Assembly: GCA_029560465.1 (NCBI GenBank)
Contig: JAKQKX010000082.1
Coordinates: 4,947-68,946 of the forward strand
Length of the DNA: 64,000 bases
Direction of reading: 5' to 3'
Source: Candidatus Omnitrophota bacterium
GTDB lineage: Bacteria; Omnitrophota; Gorgyraeia; Zapsychrales; JANLHA01
Of the stretch, positions 8,756 through 17,850 are shown one piece after another. The translations under genes were made by a program, and so were the position numbers. Numbering within the stretch: position 1 is the stretch's first letter; each line of letters begins with the position of its first letter. The notes beneath the pieces were generated by a model that saw nothing but the letters and a program-made list of their open reading frames with translations, did not search any database and was not told the origin of the DNA.

Positions 8756-10465
8756 TTATCCAATTATTTCTTTAATATAAGGCCCTAAATCCATATCTTT
8801 ATACGAAGTCCCTGCCCGCACAACAGGGTATAAGACTTCCTCGACATCTGTCATGACTTCAAGCAGACAGGGGCCCGAGGATTTCATAAATAAGTCAAGC
8901 CCTTCGGACAACTCGCTACGGGAAGTAATTCTTTTTGAGAATTTGTACTGGCAGTGTTTAGCCAACTCAGAAAAATTCACATCAGATTTTCTTTCAGTGG
9001 CAGAGTGCCTTTTTCCATAGGACACATCTTCAAGATTCCTTACCATGCCATCACTTCGGTTGTTAAGAAGAAGTATTTTAATCGGCAAGTCAAGTGAACC
9101 GATTGTATGCAATTCCCCCATATTCATTCTGAAACTGCCATCCCCATCAATAACGATGACAGTCGCGTCAGGATTTGCGTAATATGCGCCTATCGCGCTC
9201 GGCATCCCAAAACCCATAGTGCCAAAACTTCCGGGTGTAAGAAATGACTTTGGCTTGCTCATCCGCAGATATTGAGCCGCTAAAAGTTGATGATTGCCTA
9301 CGCCTGTTGCAATTATTGTGTTGTTATCTACAAACGTGCTCATAAGGTCGAGCACTTCCGCCTGATGAATCAATTTTCCGTCCCGGCAATAATTCAACGG
9401 CCATGTTTTTTTCAGCTGGACTGCATATTGAATCCAATCATCAATGGCTATTCTTATATTCTTGCGCTTTGCATAATCAGTCAAATCATTAAGAGCACTG
9501 GCGGCATCACCAATAAAAGAAAAATCAGGGTTACGCTCATTTCTTATTTGATGGACTTTCTGGGTATTAATATCTATATAGGCAATTTTAGCTTCAATAG
9601 CAAACCCCACCTTTTCCGCTACACGGTCATCCCAGCGAACGCCAACAGCAAAAAAGAAATCATTTTTCTGGATTATTTTATTAGCGTAAGGCGTTCCAAA
9701 CATGCCTAATAACCCTAAAGAAGATGGCGCGTTTTCGTCAACAACTCCTTTGGCCATTAAGGTATTAACAGAAGGGATATTAAAAAGAGAATTAAATTTG
9801 CGTATGGCATCGCTTCCATCTTTTGAATTAAGGCCTCCGCCTAAATATAATAATGGGCGTTTTGCTTCTGTCAGTAGTTTAAAGAAATGCTCGCACTGTT
9901 TTTCGGAGAAATGCCATTCATTGCTATACACTGTTTTAAACCTATCAAGATTGTTGCCAGCGTATTTGTTAATACTCTGTTGAAGATTGATTGGAATATC
10001 AATAACAACTGGCCCGGGCTTTCCCGATTTTGCCAAGAAATAGGCGTCTTTAATAACGGACTCAATATTGTCGATGCTGTCCACAAGAACAACCTTCTTG
10101 GCAGTAGGCCCGAAGACTGCGGATACGTCAATATGCTGAAATGAGTCAGTCCCAATTTTATGCTCGGGAACCTGCCCGGCGATTACAATCAATGGAATAC
10201 TGTCAGCAAAAGAATCAGCTACAGCAGTTAAAGTGTTGGTAATAGCAGGCCCGGAAGTCACGATAGCGACTCCGACGCTGTCGCTTGCCCGGGAATAACC
10301 GGCGGCGCTAAAAGCAGAAGACTGCTCGTTGGAGTTAACAACAATCTGAATAGAACTTTTCCCCAGCTCATCCATTACCGGAAGTATAGCTGCTCCCGTA
10401 TATCCAAAGATGTGTTTTATCCCGAGGTCTTCCAGGCTTTTAACTAAAATTTCTGCGCCGTTCAT
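8756..10465 (-). CDS. Thiamine-pyrophosphate-dependent enzyme, acetolactate synthase large-subunit-like
   Basis: GAEILVKSLEDLGIKHIFGYTGAAILPVMDEL is a TPP_enzyme_N start. The later region GDGSFRMNMGELHT resembles the TPP-binding GDG..N motif. I chose the start at MNGAEIL because an AAGGAG RBS precedes it. Confidence 0.7.
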   Translation of the reverse strand: MNGAEILVKSLEDLGIKHIFGYTGAAILPVMDELGKSSIQIVVNSNEQSSAFSAAGYSRASDSVGVAIVTSGPAITNTLTAVADSFADSIPLIVIAGQVPEHKIGTDSFQHIDVSAVFGPTAKKVVLVDSIDNIESVIKDAYFLAKSGKPGPVVIDIPINLQQSINKYAGNNLDRFKTVYSNEWHFSEKQCEHFFKLLTEAKRPLLYLGGGLNSKDGSDAIRKFNSLFNIPSVNTLMAKGVVDENAPSSLGLLGMFGTPYANKIIQKNDFFFAVGVRWDDRVAEKVGFAIEAKIAYIDINTQKVHQIRNERNPDFSFIGDAASALNDLTDYAKRKNIRIAIDDWIQYAVQLKKTWPLNYCRDGKLIHQAEVLDLMSTFVDNNTIIATGVGNHQLLAAQYLRMSKPKSFLTPGSFGTMGFGMPSAIGAYYANPDATVIVIDGDGSFRMNMGELHTIGSLDLPIKILLLNNRSDGMVRNLEDVSYGKRHSATERKSDVNFSELAKHCQYKFSKRITSRSELSEGLDLFMKSSGPCLLEVMTDVEEVLYPVVRAGTSYKDMDLGPYIKEIIG

Positions 10466-10537
10466 TGAATGCTCCTTCTTAATGAGTCCATTCGATAATT
10501 TTGATATTTTGTCCAATTTTTTTAATGATGGATTCTT

Positions 10538-10738
10538 TCATGTTTGGGCAAGCAAAACCAATAGGATTTCAAACTCAGATGGGCTCAGATAACCAAGCGT
10601 TGAATGATCCCGTTTACGGTTCTCCCAAAACTTCTCGGATTCATCTTTATCTCCTGTGTGGTCCATTTCATTGCTAAAGGGGCACAATACGTTTATTTTT
10701 GCCTGAGCCTCATCAACCTTACTTAAAATCTTTTTCAT
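10538..10738 (-). pseudogene. IS3-family transposase C-terminal remnant
   Basis: FWENRKRDHSTLGYLSPSEFE matches the extreme C-terminus of IS3 OrfB (rve) proteins (…YN..RRHS.LGYLSP.EFE). The upstream catalytic domain is absent. Confidence 0.6.
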
Positions 10739-10776
10739 ATGACCGCCACCTTACTGGCTTAAGAGTCAAGAAATTG

Positions 10777-11376
10777 CTACGAATTCAATTGTTTAAATAT
10801 TTCACCTATCCAAGCCGGGGCATAACGAATATCGTTTATAAGCTGTTTTTTATCCTCGGCTGATAACTTTTTTTTAAGCGAATTAATAATCTTCTCGTCA
10901 ATATTTCTTTGTTTCATGTAACGGAAAGCCTGAATAACCAAGCCGCTCACACGCCCGGCAGTCGCCATATTCTTTGGTGATGTCTTCTTAAACTTAATTT
11001 GCCAGTTGCCAACTTGAACCGCCCGGGTAGAGCCATTTGTTAATAAAACAATCTTTGCCGGTACTTGATCAGACAACCCCAGCAAGTTGGCCGCGTATGC
11101 TCCTGAAGGCTGAATCTTAAGATTATCTTTTTCAGCAAGCGCGGCGGTAACACGCTCAACGCTCGGCGGCGTTTCTTCAAAATCCGGATGTTTTCGTGGA
11201 TAATCATAAAGTCCACGCGCTAATCTGCGGATATCTCCAGATCGAACCAGTCGGCTCAACGCCTGATCTACAGCGGCACGATTGCCAAGATCAAGAAAAT
11301 GGCTTGGGGCAAATACCCATCCCTTTTTCTTGCCGATAATCCGGCGAAGGATTTTACTCTCAATGGATTCTGTCAT
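10777..11376 (-). CDS. AbiEi_4 / DUF6088-type antitoxin-like protein (orphan)
   Basis: 199 aa with WVFAPSHFLDLG..AVDQALSRLVRSGDIRRLARGLYDYP at the N-terminus, which is the DUF6088 pattern. No cognate NTase lies downstream; an IS remnant sits there instead. Confidence 0.55.
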   Translation of the reverse strand: MTESIESKILRRIIGKKKGWVFAPSHFLDLGNRAAVDQALSRLVRSGDIRRLARGLYDYPRKHPDFEETPPSVERVTAALAEKDNLKIQPSGAYAANLLGLSDQVPAKIVLLTNGSTRAVQVGNWQIKFKKTSPKNMATAGRVSGLVIQAFRYMKQRNIDEKIINSLKKKLSAEDKKQLINDIRYAPAWIGEIFKQLNS

Positions 11377-11451
11377 ATTTATCTCTTTTTATAGTCAGAA
11401 ATAATATATTGCACTTCTGACAGAAAGTAAAGCTGTTTTTAAGCTCCTGCG

Positions 11452-11554
11452 CCTCGCCCGACCCTCACCCCACACCGGCTTCCAAGGACCCGTAGCCATA
11501 TCTAGGAGCATAAAAAATCCCTATGACCGCACGTCTCGATACGACCATAGGGAT
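11452..11554. repeat. Conserved ~105-bp element, copy B, 10 bp downstream of the bla stop on the minus strand
   Basis: Same alignment as copy A. The hairpin ATCCCTATGACC...GGTCATAGGGAT plus T6 reads as a terminator on the minus strand. Confidence 0.6.
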
Positions 11555-11563
11555 GACTGATTA

Positions 11564-12355
11564 TTACAAAAGGTTTTGTGACTTAAAGATATTCTCTATG
11601 ATCGTCCTGGCAGTCTTGCCCGAGGGATTCTCGCCTCCGGCAATATTGCAGGCAAAAACGTAGGTCGTGCCGTCATGCTCCAAGAAGCCCACAAACCAGC
11701 CCAAATTCCATTTCCCGTCAGGCCCTGTGCCGGAGCCGGTTTTGCCGTAAAGCGTTCCTTTGGTGGTCTTCTCTACCCGCATGATATCGCGTAGTAGCAC
11801 AATATTCTTTTCAGAAAACGGAAGCTTGCCATCCAAAAGCTTGTTTAAAAGAGCGACCTGTTCATCCGCGCTGATCTTGATAGATGTGGTTTCAGGGCGC
11901 GGAAGCCAGAAGATATCGATCCCGGCAGAAATATCCTGTGAGCCATAGCTGATCTTTCCAATATACTCCTTCATCCGGGCTTCACCGATCTGCTGTGCTA
12001 AGAGCTGGTATGCGGGGACGGCCGACACCCTAAACGCTTCGCGGAGCGTTAAATCCTGATTCCATCCCTCTATGTCACGCTTCACCCCATCCCATTTATA
12101 CCACGATTCATCAGCGCCCTTTATGAGCCCAAGCTCAAGCCCGATGAGCGTATTGTAGATCTTGAATGTCGAGCACGGCGAAAGACGCCGGGCGCTAAGC
12201 TTCGGATCCGCATTGACAACCTCGCCGTTTGCCCGGTTATAAATCACCAGAGCCGCGTCATACCCCTGCAAAAAAGCTTGATCGATTTCCTGAGCAAAGG
12301 AAACCGGCCCCATAAACAAAAAACAGATGCAAAATACGGTTTTATTTATACGCAT
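11564..12355 (-). CDS. Class D (OXA-type) beta-lactamase
   Basis: An N-terminal signal peptide is followed by the STFK active-site motif, an SAV (SxV) motif, YGKTGSG (KTG), and W..G (WFVGF). Confidence 0.8.
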   Translation of the reverse strand: MRINKTVFCICFLFMGPVSFAQEIDQAFLQGYDAALVIYNRANGEVVNADPKLSARRLSPCSTFKIYNTLIGLELGLIKGADESWYKWDGVKRDIEGWNQDLTLREAFRVSAVPAYQLLAQQIGEARMKEYIGKISYGSQDISAGIDIFWLPRPETTSIKISADEQVALLNKLLDGKLPFSEKNIVLLRDIMRVEKTTKGTLYGKTGSGTGPDGKWNLGWFVGFLEHDGTTYVFACNIAGGENPSGKTARTIIENIFKSQNLL

Positions 12356-12364
12356 AAACCCTCT

Positions 12365-13129
12365 TTACTTTTCCGCTACAACAAGCATCTCAAAATCCCC
12401 TGTCGTCAGCTTGTCGTTCCTTGAGTACGCCCCGAGCTTGGCGCCGAAAATATCGATTTTTTTATACCCCAGTGTCTTTAACAGCCATGTGAGTTCACTT
12501 GGCACATAGTAGCGCTCGTTACAGGTTAATTCCTTTTTTGTCCCCGCATCGTCCTCGAACACGACGGTATTGTGGTCCCGGAACGTCATCAGATCGAAAG
12601 AACAATTTTTACACGCTGAATTGCCTTCTTGGGCCGCGGACTCATAAAATTCTTTGACGGAATGAAAAAGCGGAAATAACCCGTTCAATGTCGTGAATAT
12701 AAACTTGCCCTTATCTTTTAACGCCTTTGTCGCGTTCTTCAATATTTCGTAATTCATCTCATCCGTTTCCATCAAAGAAAAACCGCCCTCACAGAGCATG
12801 ATCGCCAGATCGAATGCGTCTTCAAAAGGAAGGTTGCGTGCGTCATGTTTCTGAAAATCGATTGTCACCCCTGCCTCTTTGGCTTTTTCCTTTGCCCTTG
12901 CAAGCTGTGAGTCGGACAAATCCACGCCAGTCACGTTATTATACCCCCTTTTCGTCAGTTCGAGCGAATGACGGCCGGTGCCGCAACCGATATCGATGAT
13001 CTTTAAGGACTTATCGCGGCCGATTTCAGCTTCAATAAAATCGCATTCGCCCACAGTCCCCTGAACAAAGCATTCCTTATCGTATTTGCGGGCGTAATTC
13101 TCAAATAATGATTCGTACCATTGTTTCAT
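12365..13129 (-). CDS. Class I SAM-dependent methyltransferase
   Basis: DIGCGTGRHS is a SAM-binding motif I. Confidence 0.7.
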   Translation of the reverse strand: MKQWYESLFENYARKYDKECFVQGTVGECDFIEAEIGRDKSLKIIDIGCGTGRHSLELTKRGYNNVTGVDLSDSQLARAKEKAKEAGVTIDFQKHDARNLPFEDAFDLAIMLCEGGFSLMETDEMNYEILKNATKALKDKGKFIFTTLNGLFPLFHSVKEFYESAAQEGNSACKNCSFDLMTFRDHNTVVFEDDAGTKKELTCNERYYVPSELTWLLKTLGYKKIDIFGAKLGAYSRNDKLTTGDFEMLVVAEK

Positions 13130-13400
13130 TTGAATTCCTTTCAGGCTATTAGCCTATGCCTCTATTCGAATATCGCCTCGGCCAAGATTGTCATCGTCTT
13201 GCTGCAATCCTGCCACCGGCCAACCGTAGGTGGATATGTACACGCGTTTTTGTAGTTCGTTATTTTTCCTTAGGTTATGCATCTATATTTTTTATATTTA
13301 TCTCCAAATGGGGATGAATGATTATGGTTTTTGTTAACTTTTAGTCTCCCGCATTGATACTTCCGACCAAAGCCCTGAGCAATATAGGATTTGCATACAA

Positions 13401-14159
13401 TTATTTGAAGGGTAAAAGGAGCATGCCGCCTACATGTTGCCACTTTGCTTTTTTAAATGTTCCGATCCCATATGTTACCGATTTAATATCAGGTCGAGTC
13501 ACAAAACTTTTAAATAAACGATCCCAAAAAGAAAAGATAGTCCCGTAGTTTGAATTTGTTTCACCCCATATTTCCGAATGGTGAATTCGATGCATCCGAG
13601 GCATAACGAAGAAATAATTTAAGAGATTATCCATTTTCTCTGAAAAAGCGATATTACTGTGGTGAAAAAGAATAACTGGCACCATGACCGTGTTATAAAT
13701 AGCCAGGAAAGTAAAATCAAGCCCCAAAAGGCCCAATACAATCAAATTCAGACAATACGAAAAGATTATTTCAAGGGGATGAAACCGTACGGCTGTGGTG
13801 GAATCCATATTGGGGTCAGTGTGATGCATTCGATGGAAACGCCAAAGAAAATAAACTTCATGGTTGAGACGATGCCAGAAGTACATCCACAAATCGAACA
13901 GAATAATGCCGATCAGAATTTTAAAAACATTATGATTCATGGATGATAAAATACCAGCAAATTCCTTGCTGAACCATTTTAGCCATAAAGCAAAATAGGT
14001 GATACCGGCCAGGATAATCATTCGATTGATTGCGGCTATCCCTAAATTGTTCAGGGAGTGTTTGATCCTATATCCGGGATTTTTAAAAAAAGGGAAAAGA
14101 TATTCCAGGGTAAAAATAAGGATGAACGAAATTAAAGCGATTGTTGAATCACGGCTCAT
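13401..14159 (-). CDS. Fatty acid hydroxylase / sterol desaturase superfamily membrane protein
   Basis: Histidine boxes HRLNH, HRMHH and HRIHH are embedded in a polytopic membrane protein. Confidence 0.7.
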   Translation of the reverse strand: MSRDSTIALISFILIFTLEYLFPFFKNPGYRIKHSLNNLGIAAINRMIILAGITYFALWLKWFSKEFAGILSSMNHNVFKILIGIILFDLWMYFWHRLNHEVYFLWRFHRMHHTDPNMDSTTAVRFHPLEIIFSYCLNLIVLGLLGLDFTFLAIYNTVMVPVILFHHSNIAFSEKMDNLLNYFFVMPRMHRIHHSEIWGETNSNYGTIFSFWDRLFKSFVTRPDIKSVTYGIGTFKKAKWQHVGGMLLLPFK

Positions 14160-14916
14160 TTAAACTCCAATCGTAAAACGTATATTTGATTCTCCACCTG
14201 GCCGCATCTTGGGAAAGGGGCGTCCCTTCTTCTTCAGACAGATAGCGGGCAATCCAACGTAAAACCGCTTCAGGCTTTCTTCCAAAATCTTCCTTAAACC
14301 ATCCGAAAATGGGCGAAATGTTTGCTATTTTAGTTTCAAAATTAAATGAATTCTTCTTCTTTTGAGCAAGAAATATTCTGCCTTGACTATCGAGCTGCTG
14401 ATCCAGTTTCTCGGCTTCATAGGCTTCATTTCTTAGGGGCGGGCAGCCTTTAGCAGCGCAGACAATGGCAAAGTGAATGCGGGGGTCTTTAAAAATGGGC
14501 CGCATAATTTTATGTTCAATATCGCTTAAAGAGGTTTTCTTGCCGTTAATGGTAACGATTTTTTTATCCCAAACGGTTGATTTAAGGACCATGCCCATCG
14601 CTAACCCGCCGGAGTGTAATTCATTGATGCTTTTTAGCGGATAATTATCACAAATGATCTTTAGCGTCCAGGCATTGTAAGCATTAATCCAAAAAGCAAG
14701 CTTCTCCTTCTCTGACTTAAGTGCATCGGGATTAACGTTAACAAGTTGGTCCAGATAATGCGCAAAATGAATATTTTTACATAAGGACTTATAGTCAACG
14801 GTTCCTTCAACGACGTGTTCATTGAGCGCGGCCGTAAAGAGATGGTGATTACTTTTGGCAAAAGATTGGCTTGTCGACAGAATAAGAAAAATCATTAAAC
14901 CAATTAATCGCTTCAT
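14149..14916 (-). CDS. DUF547 domain protein (secreted)
   Basis: A signal peptide is present. FWINAYNA and HFAIVCAAKGCPPL match the DUF547 pattern. Confidence 0.6.
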   Translation of the reverse strand: MKRLIGLMIFLILSTSQSFAKSNHHLFTAALNEHVVEGTVDYKSLCKNIHFAHYLDQLVNVNPDALKSEKEKLAFWINAYNAWTLKIICDNYPLKSINELHSGGLAMGMVLKSTVWDKKIVTINGKKTSLSDIEHKIMRPIFKDPRIHFAIVCAAKGCPPLRNEAYEAEKLDQQLDSQGRIFLAQKKKNSFNFETKIANISPIFGWFKEDFGRKPEAVLRWIARYLSEEEGTPLSQDAARWRIKYTFYDWSLNEP

Positions 14917-15584
14917 CTTATATACTCCTTCGCCAGTTTCCCGGGAGAAACGCCAGCCAGATATTTTAGGATCAAAATCCCGTTTCTGATTTGCTGTCTT
15001 ATTGGGCCATTTTTCTTAAATTTTCTTGCTGAAGTGATAACTTTTGCGGGAAAAGAATGGATTCTTGTTTTCTTACGTGCTTGGCGCAAGAAATCCACGT
15101 CCTCAAAAAGCGGCCATTCCGGAAAACCGCCCAGCTCATCAAAGAAATTGCGCCTAACGACAATACACTGATCGCCAAAACGCGTAAGGAGTGAATCGAA
15201 GCGCGTTAAATATCCGCATAATTTTAAAAACCAATTATCGCTATCGAAACGCAGACGAAAAGTGCCGATCTGGATTTTGGAATCAGAAAAAATATTATTT
15301 AAAACCACAAAGGCCTCATGAGGCAAACAAGTATCGGCATGCAGAAAAATCAATATGCTTCCCTTTGCATTCTTTGCCCCGCAATTGCACTGTATGCCTC
15401 TCCCAGGTTGAGAAAGGACAACTTGCGCCCCCGCTTTCTCGGCTATCCGTGCTGTTTGGTCGCCGCTGCCCCCATCAGCAACAATGATCTGGACAGAAGA
15501 ATTAAAAGTCCGTATCCTGTCAATGCAACCTGCAATATTTTCCGCTTCATTTAAAGTCGGAATTATGACGGAATAATCAGGCAT
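14913..15584 (-). CDS. Family 2 glycosyltransferase (TIGR04283-like)
   Basis: YSVIIPTLNEAENI is followed by DGGSGDQT and a DxD-type FLHADT motif. Confidence 0.65.
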   Translation of the reverse strand: MPDYSVIIPTLNEAENIAGCIDRIRTFNSSVQIIVADGGSGDQTARIAEKAGAQVVLSQPGRGIQCNCGAKNAKGSILIFLHADTCLPHEAFVVLNNIFSDSKIQIGTFRLRFDSDNWFLKLCGYLTRFDSLLTRFGDQCIVVRRNFFDELGGFPEWPLFEDVDFLRQARKKTRIHSFPAKVITSARKFKKNGPIRQQIRNGILILKYLAGVSPGKLAKEYIR

Positions 15585-15617
15585 TGTTTCAATAAATTAA
15601 ATTGGTATAATGAATAT

Positions 15618-16415
15618 ATGAAAAGGTTAATGTTTTGTGCTTTTGTCATTTTCTTCGGCTCAGCGGTGTGTGCTGATACGGTTACTGAAATTTTTCCTTA
15701 TCAAAAAGAAACAGACAGTGTCATCTTTATTGATAAAAAGACTAAAGAAAAACGTTCCGAATTAACCTACACGCTTAAAAAAACACTATCGCCAGGCGAA
15801 GCGGCTTTTGATTTTTATCGTACGGGTAAAGGCAAATGCGATAAATACCAGGATATTACTTGGGAAACCACGGCCCGGCTCAAAGAAAAAGAAGGTTTTC
15901 TATACTTATTGAATTCCTCTTGCGTTGCCAAAGACCCGCGAGGGAACATAATTCTTCGATACGAAAAACAATTTGATTATGACAACCGGCTTATTACTTG
16001 GCGGCAGCTTGATGCTGACGGCAAAATCGAGAAAGAAGCGCGCTATCCTATCAAAGGCAAGACCACGGATGATGTAACGCTTGTTTACTTTCTAAGAACG
16101 TATGTCGCCAACCGAAACACGCCCGGTTATCAAACCTATTATTTCCTTTCTAACGAACCGAAATTATATAAAGTCAATATCAGAGTTTTGGGTAATGAAA
16201 CGCTCGACCTTCCCATCGGGACCAAGAAAGCGATCAAGTTAAAGCTGACCGGTGACATGGGGATCGTTGATGACATACTCGATAAATATGTGCCGCATAC
16301 CTATGTCTGGTACGAAGATGCCCCGCCCCACGAATGGCTGCAGTATGAAGGCCTGGAAACCAGCATGCAATCCGCCAACGTTATTGCGTATGTGAGAGAG
16401 CGCTCTCGCAAATAA
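15618..16415 (+). CDS. DUF3108-like secreted protein
   Basis: A signal peptide is present. This is the only clearly plus-strand gene in this stretch. The family call rests on overall pattern memory only. Confidence 0.4.
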   Translation: MKRLMFCAFVIFFGSAVCADTVTEIFPYQKETDSVIFIDKKTKEKRSELTYTLKKTLSPGEAAFDFYRTGKGKCDKYQDITWETTARLKEKEGFLYLLNSSCVAKDPRGNIILRYEKQFDYDNRLITWRQLDADGKIEKEARYPIKGKTTDDVTLVYFLRTYVANRNTPGYQTYYFLSNEPKLYKVNIRVLGNETLDLPIGTKKAIKLKLTGDMGIVDDILDKYVPHTYVWYEDAPPHEWLQYEGLETSMQSANVIAYVRERSRK

Positions 16416-17442
16416 CGGAGCTGTCGGAATCAGCATTTTTCTTCCCGTCTTCGCTATAAAACACCGACGGCCCTGAAAGCACCTTCCACTCGGCCTCCTC
16501 AAGCAATCTGCGGCAATCCCCCACGCTCATCCCACGGGCTTCCTTAGTTTCCTTTTTGGTGTCACGCGGATTGGAGCCCACTTCCGCCCAGAATAGATTA
16601 GCGCCGGCTGCGGCACCGATAACATTCGGCTCATGTGTGCAGTTGCCAGGGATGTTATATCCCAATGCTAACCGCACCACGGCAAGGATATGCGCCATAC
16701 GAGCTTCGCTAACCAATCCGTATTCAGAAAGCTTCGTGTTTGGAATAGGAATTCTGCGCGCAGCCCCGCTGAAGACTGGACGTGCTTCGCGAGTGATAAT
16801 CGTCTTTTCAACTAACTCATCAATGGTGTGTTCATTACCAACAGGTTCAAGACAGGTTCCTAATAAAAGTCCTGCTTCACGGGCATTAGAAAATGTTTCC
16901 AGGCGTTTTTCGGGTCGAAGGCGGGAATCCCGGCCTTCTCCGAGGCGAAGCGCATGGTAGACGCCACAAAATCCGGCTGCCTTAATCCGTTTTGCCTCCT
17001 CGAGAGTGAAATCGCCGACATTCGCAACGAGCTTTGTTTCAGTCCGCAATGCTTTGCGCACCTCCAGCCCGGTTTCAAGAAATTTAGTGAACGGATAATC
17101 TGCGGTGCTCATCAAGAAAACAGCATTGGCTCCATCTGCCTCAAATCCTTTAGCGCGCTCAATGACTTCGCTTAAAGGCAATTCGCTTTTTTCCTTAAAG
17201 ACCCCGCTTGAGGCCGCAAAAGCGCAGAATAAACAGTTTTTGGGACACGGCGCGATATTTAAACCAATCTGCGCATGCACTTCAGCGAGATTCTCGGAAG
17301 CTATTTTACTCTTACGATAAGACGCGACTTGTATCAAAGCTGCCTCATCAGAAAAAAGCGGCACCTTGAATAATTCAGCAATTTCTTCAGAGTTTAGATC
17401 CTCATCTCCCATTGATTTCTTTATTAAATCATTGATATCCAT
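16381..17442 (-). CDS. Radical SAM protein, BioB/HydE/PylB-like
   Basis: CPKNCLFCAF is a CxxxCxxC motif. The length is about 350 aa. The C-terminus is not Cys-rich. Confidence 0.65.
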   Translation of the reverse strand: MDINDLIKKSMGDEDLNSEEIAELFKVPLFSDEAALIQVASYRKSKIASENLAEVHAQIGLNIAPCPKNCLFCAFAASSGVFKEKSELPLSEVIERAKGFEADGANAVFLMSTADYPFTKFLETGLEVRKALRTETKLVANVGDFTLEEAKRIKAAGFCGVYHALRLGEGRDSRLRPEKRLETFSNAREAGLLLGTCLEPVGNEHTIDELVEKTIITREARPVFSGAARRIPIPNTKLSEYGLVSEARMAHILAVVRLALGYNIPGNCTHEPNVIGAAAGANLFWAEVGSNPRDTKKETKEARGMSVGDCRRLLEEAEWKVLSGPSVFYSEDGKKNADSDSSVICESALSHTQ

Positions 17443-17487
17443 CTATCCTCCCATTTTTTGAATCGAACGATAATTATGGTATTTAAT

Positions 17488-17850
17488 TTACTCTTTTTTT
17501 CCAAATATCTGCGTCACAGTTTGAACCAGGTTTCCTTTATCAAATAATGGTTGCTTATGATTGAACTGAAAGAACATTTCTTCGTTAATCATAATGATCG
17601 GCGGATGCCAAGCCCCGCGCTTTAAACAATACCAGGCATTATCCAGCCAGGGTTTGATCTCGAAAATAACATTCTTACCCTCGAATTCTTTCTCAACAAG
17701 AGCGCGCAAGGTATGCGTCGTTAAGTCGCATTCTTCGCAACTGGATTTGATCTTAAAAGGCCCCCACGAACCCGCCCACTTATATTGAGTTATGATGACT
17801 GGATTATTTGAAACATTTTCCATGTAGAAATCTCCTGGTATGTTGGGCAA
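17488..17850 (-). CDS. Hypothetical small protein with a CEEC (CxxC) motif, possibly thioredoxin-fold
   Basis: 120-aa ORF. The true start may be the internal MENVSN. Confidence 0.35.
   Translation of the reverse strand: MPNIPGDFYMENVSNNPVIITQYKWAGSWGPFKIKSSCEECDLTTHTLRALVEKEFEGKNVIFEIKPWLDNAWYCLKRGAWHPPIIMINEEMFFQFNHKQPLFDKGNLVQTVTQIFGKKE

Noticed and set aside
9287-10155. Several 85-140-aa ORFs on both strands inside the TPP-enzyme gene
   Set aside because: These are AT-rich shadow ORFs with no motifs, fully contained within a gene that has clear family signatures.
4563-11554. Integron attC (59-be) interpretation of the two conserved repeat copies following cassette-like genes (bla, TA)
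   Set aside because: No R''/L''...L'/R' imperfect-palindrome architecture is present. There are no GTTRRRY / RYYYAAC core sites. Only a short hairpin plus a non-palindromic tail is seen.
16381-17442. Radical SAM protein as ArsS-type (TIGR04167, rSAM/Cys-rich/selenodomain) partner of the TIGR04282/04283-like genes
   Set aside because: The CxxxCxxC context (CPKNCLFCAF) looks BioB/HydE-like. The C-terminus has no Cys/Sec-rich domain.
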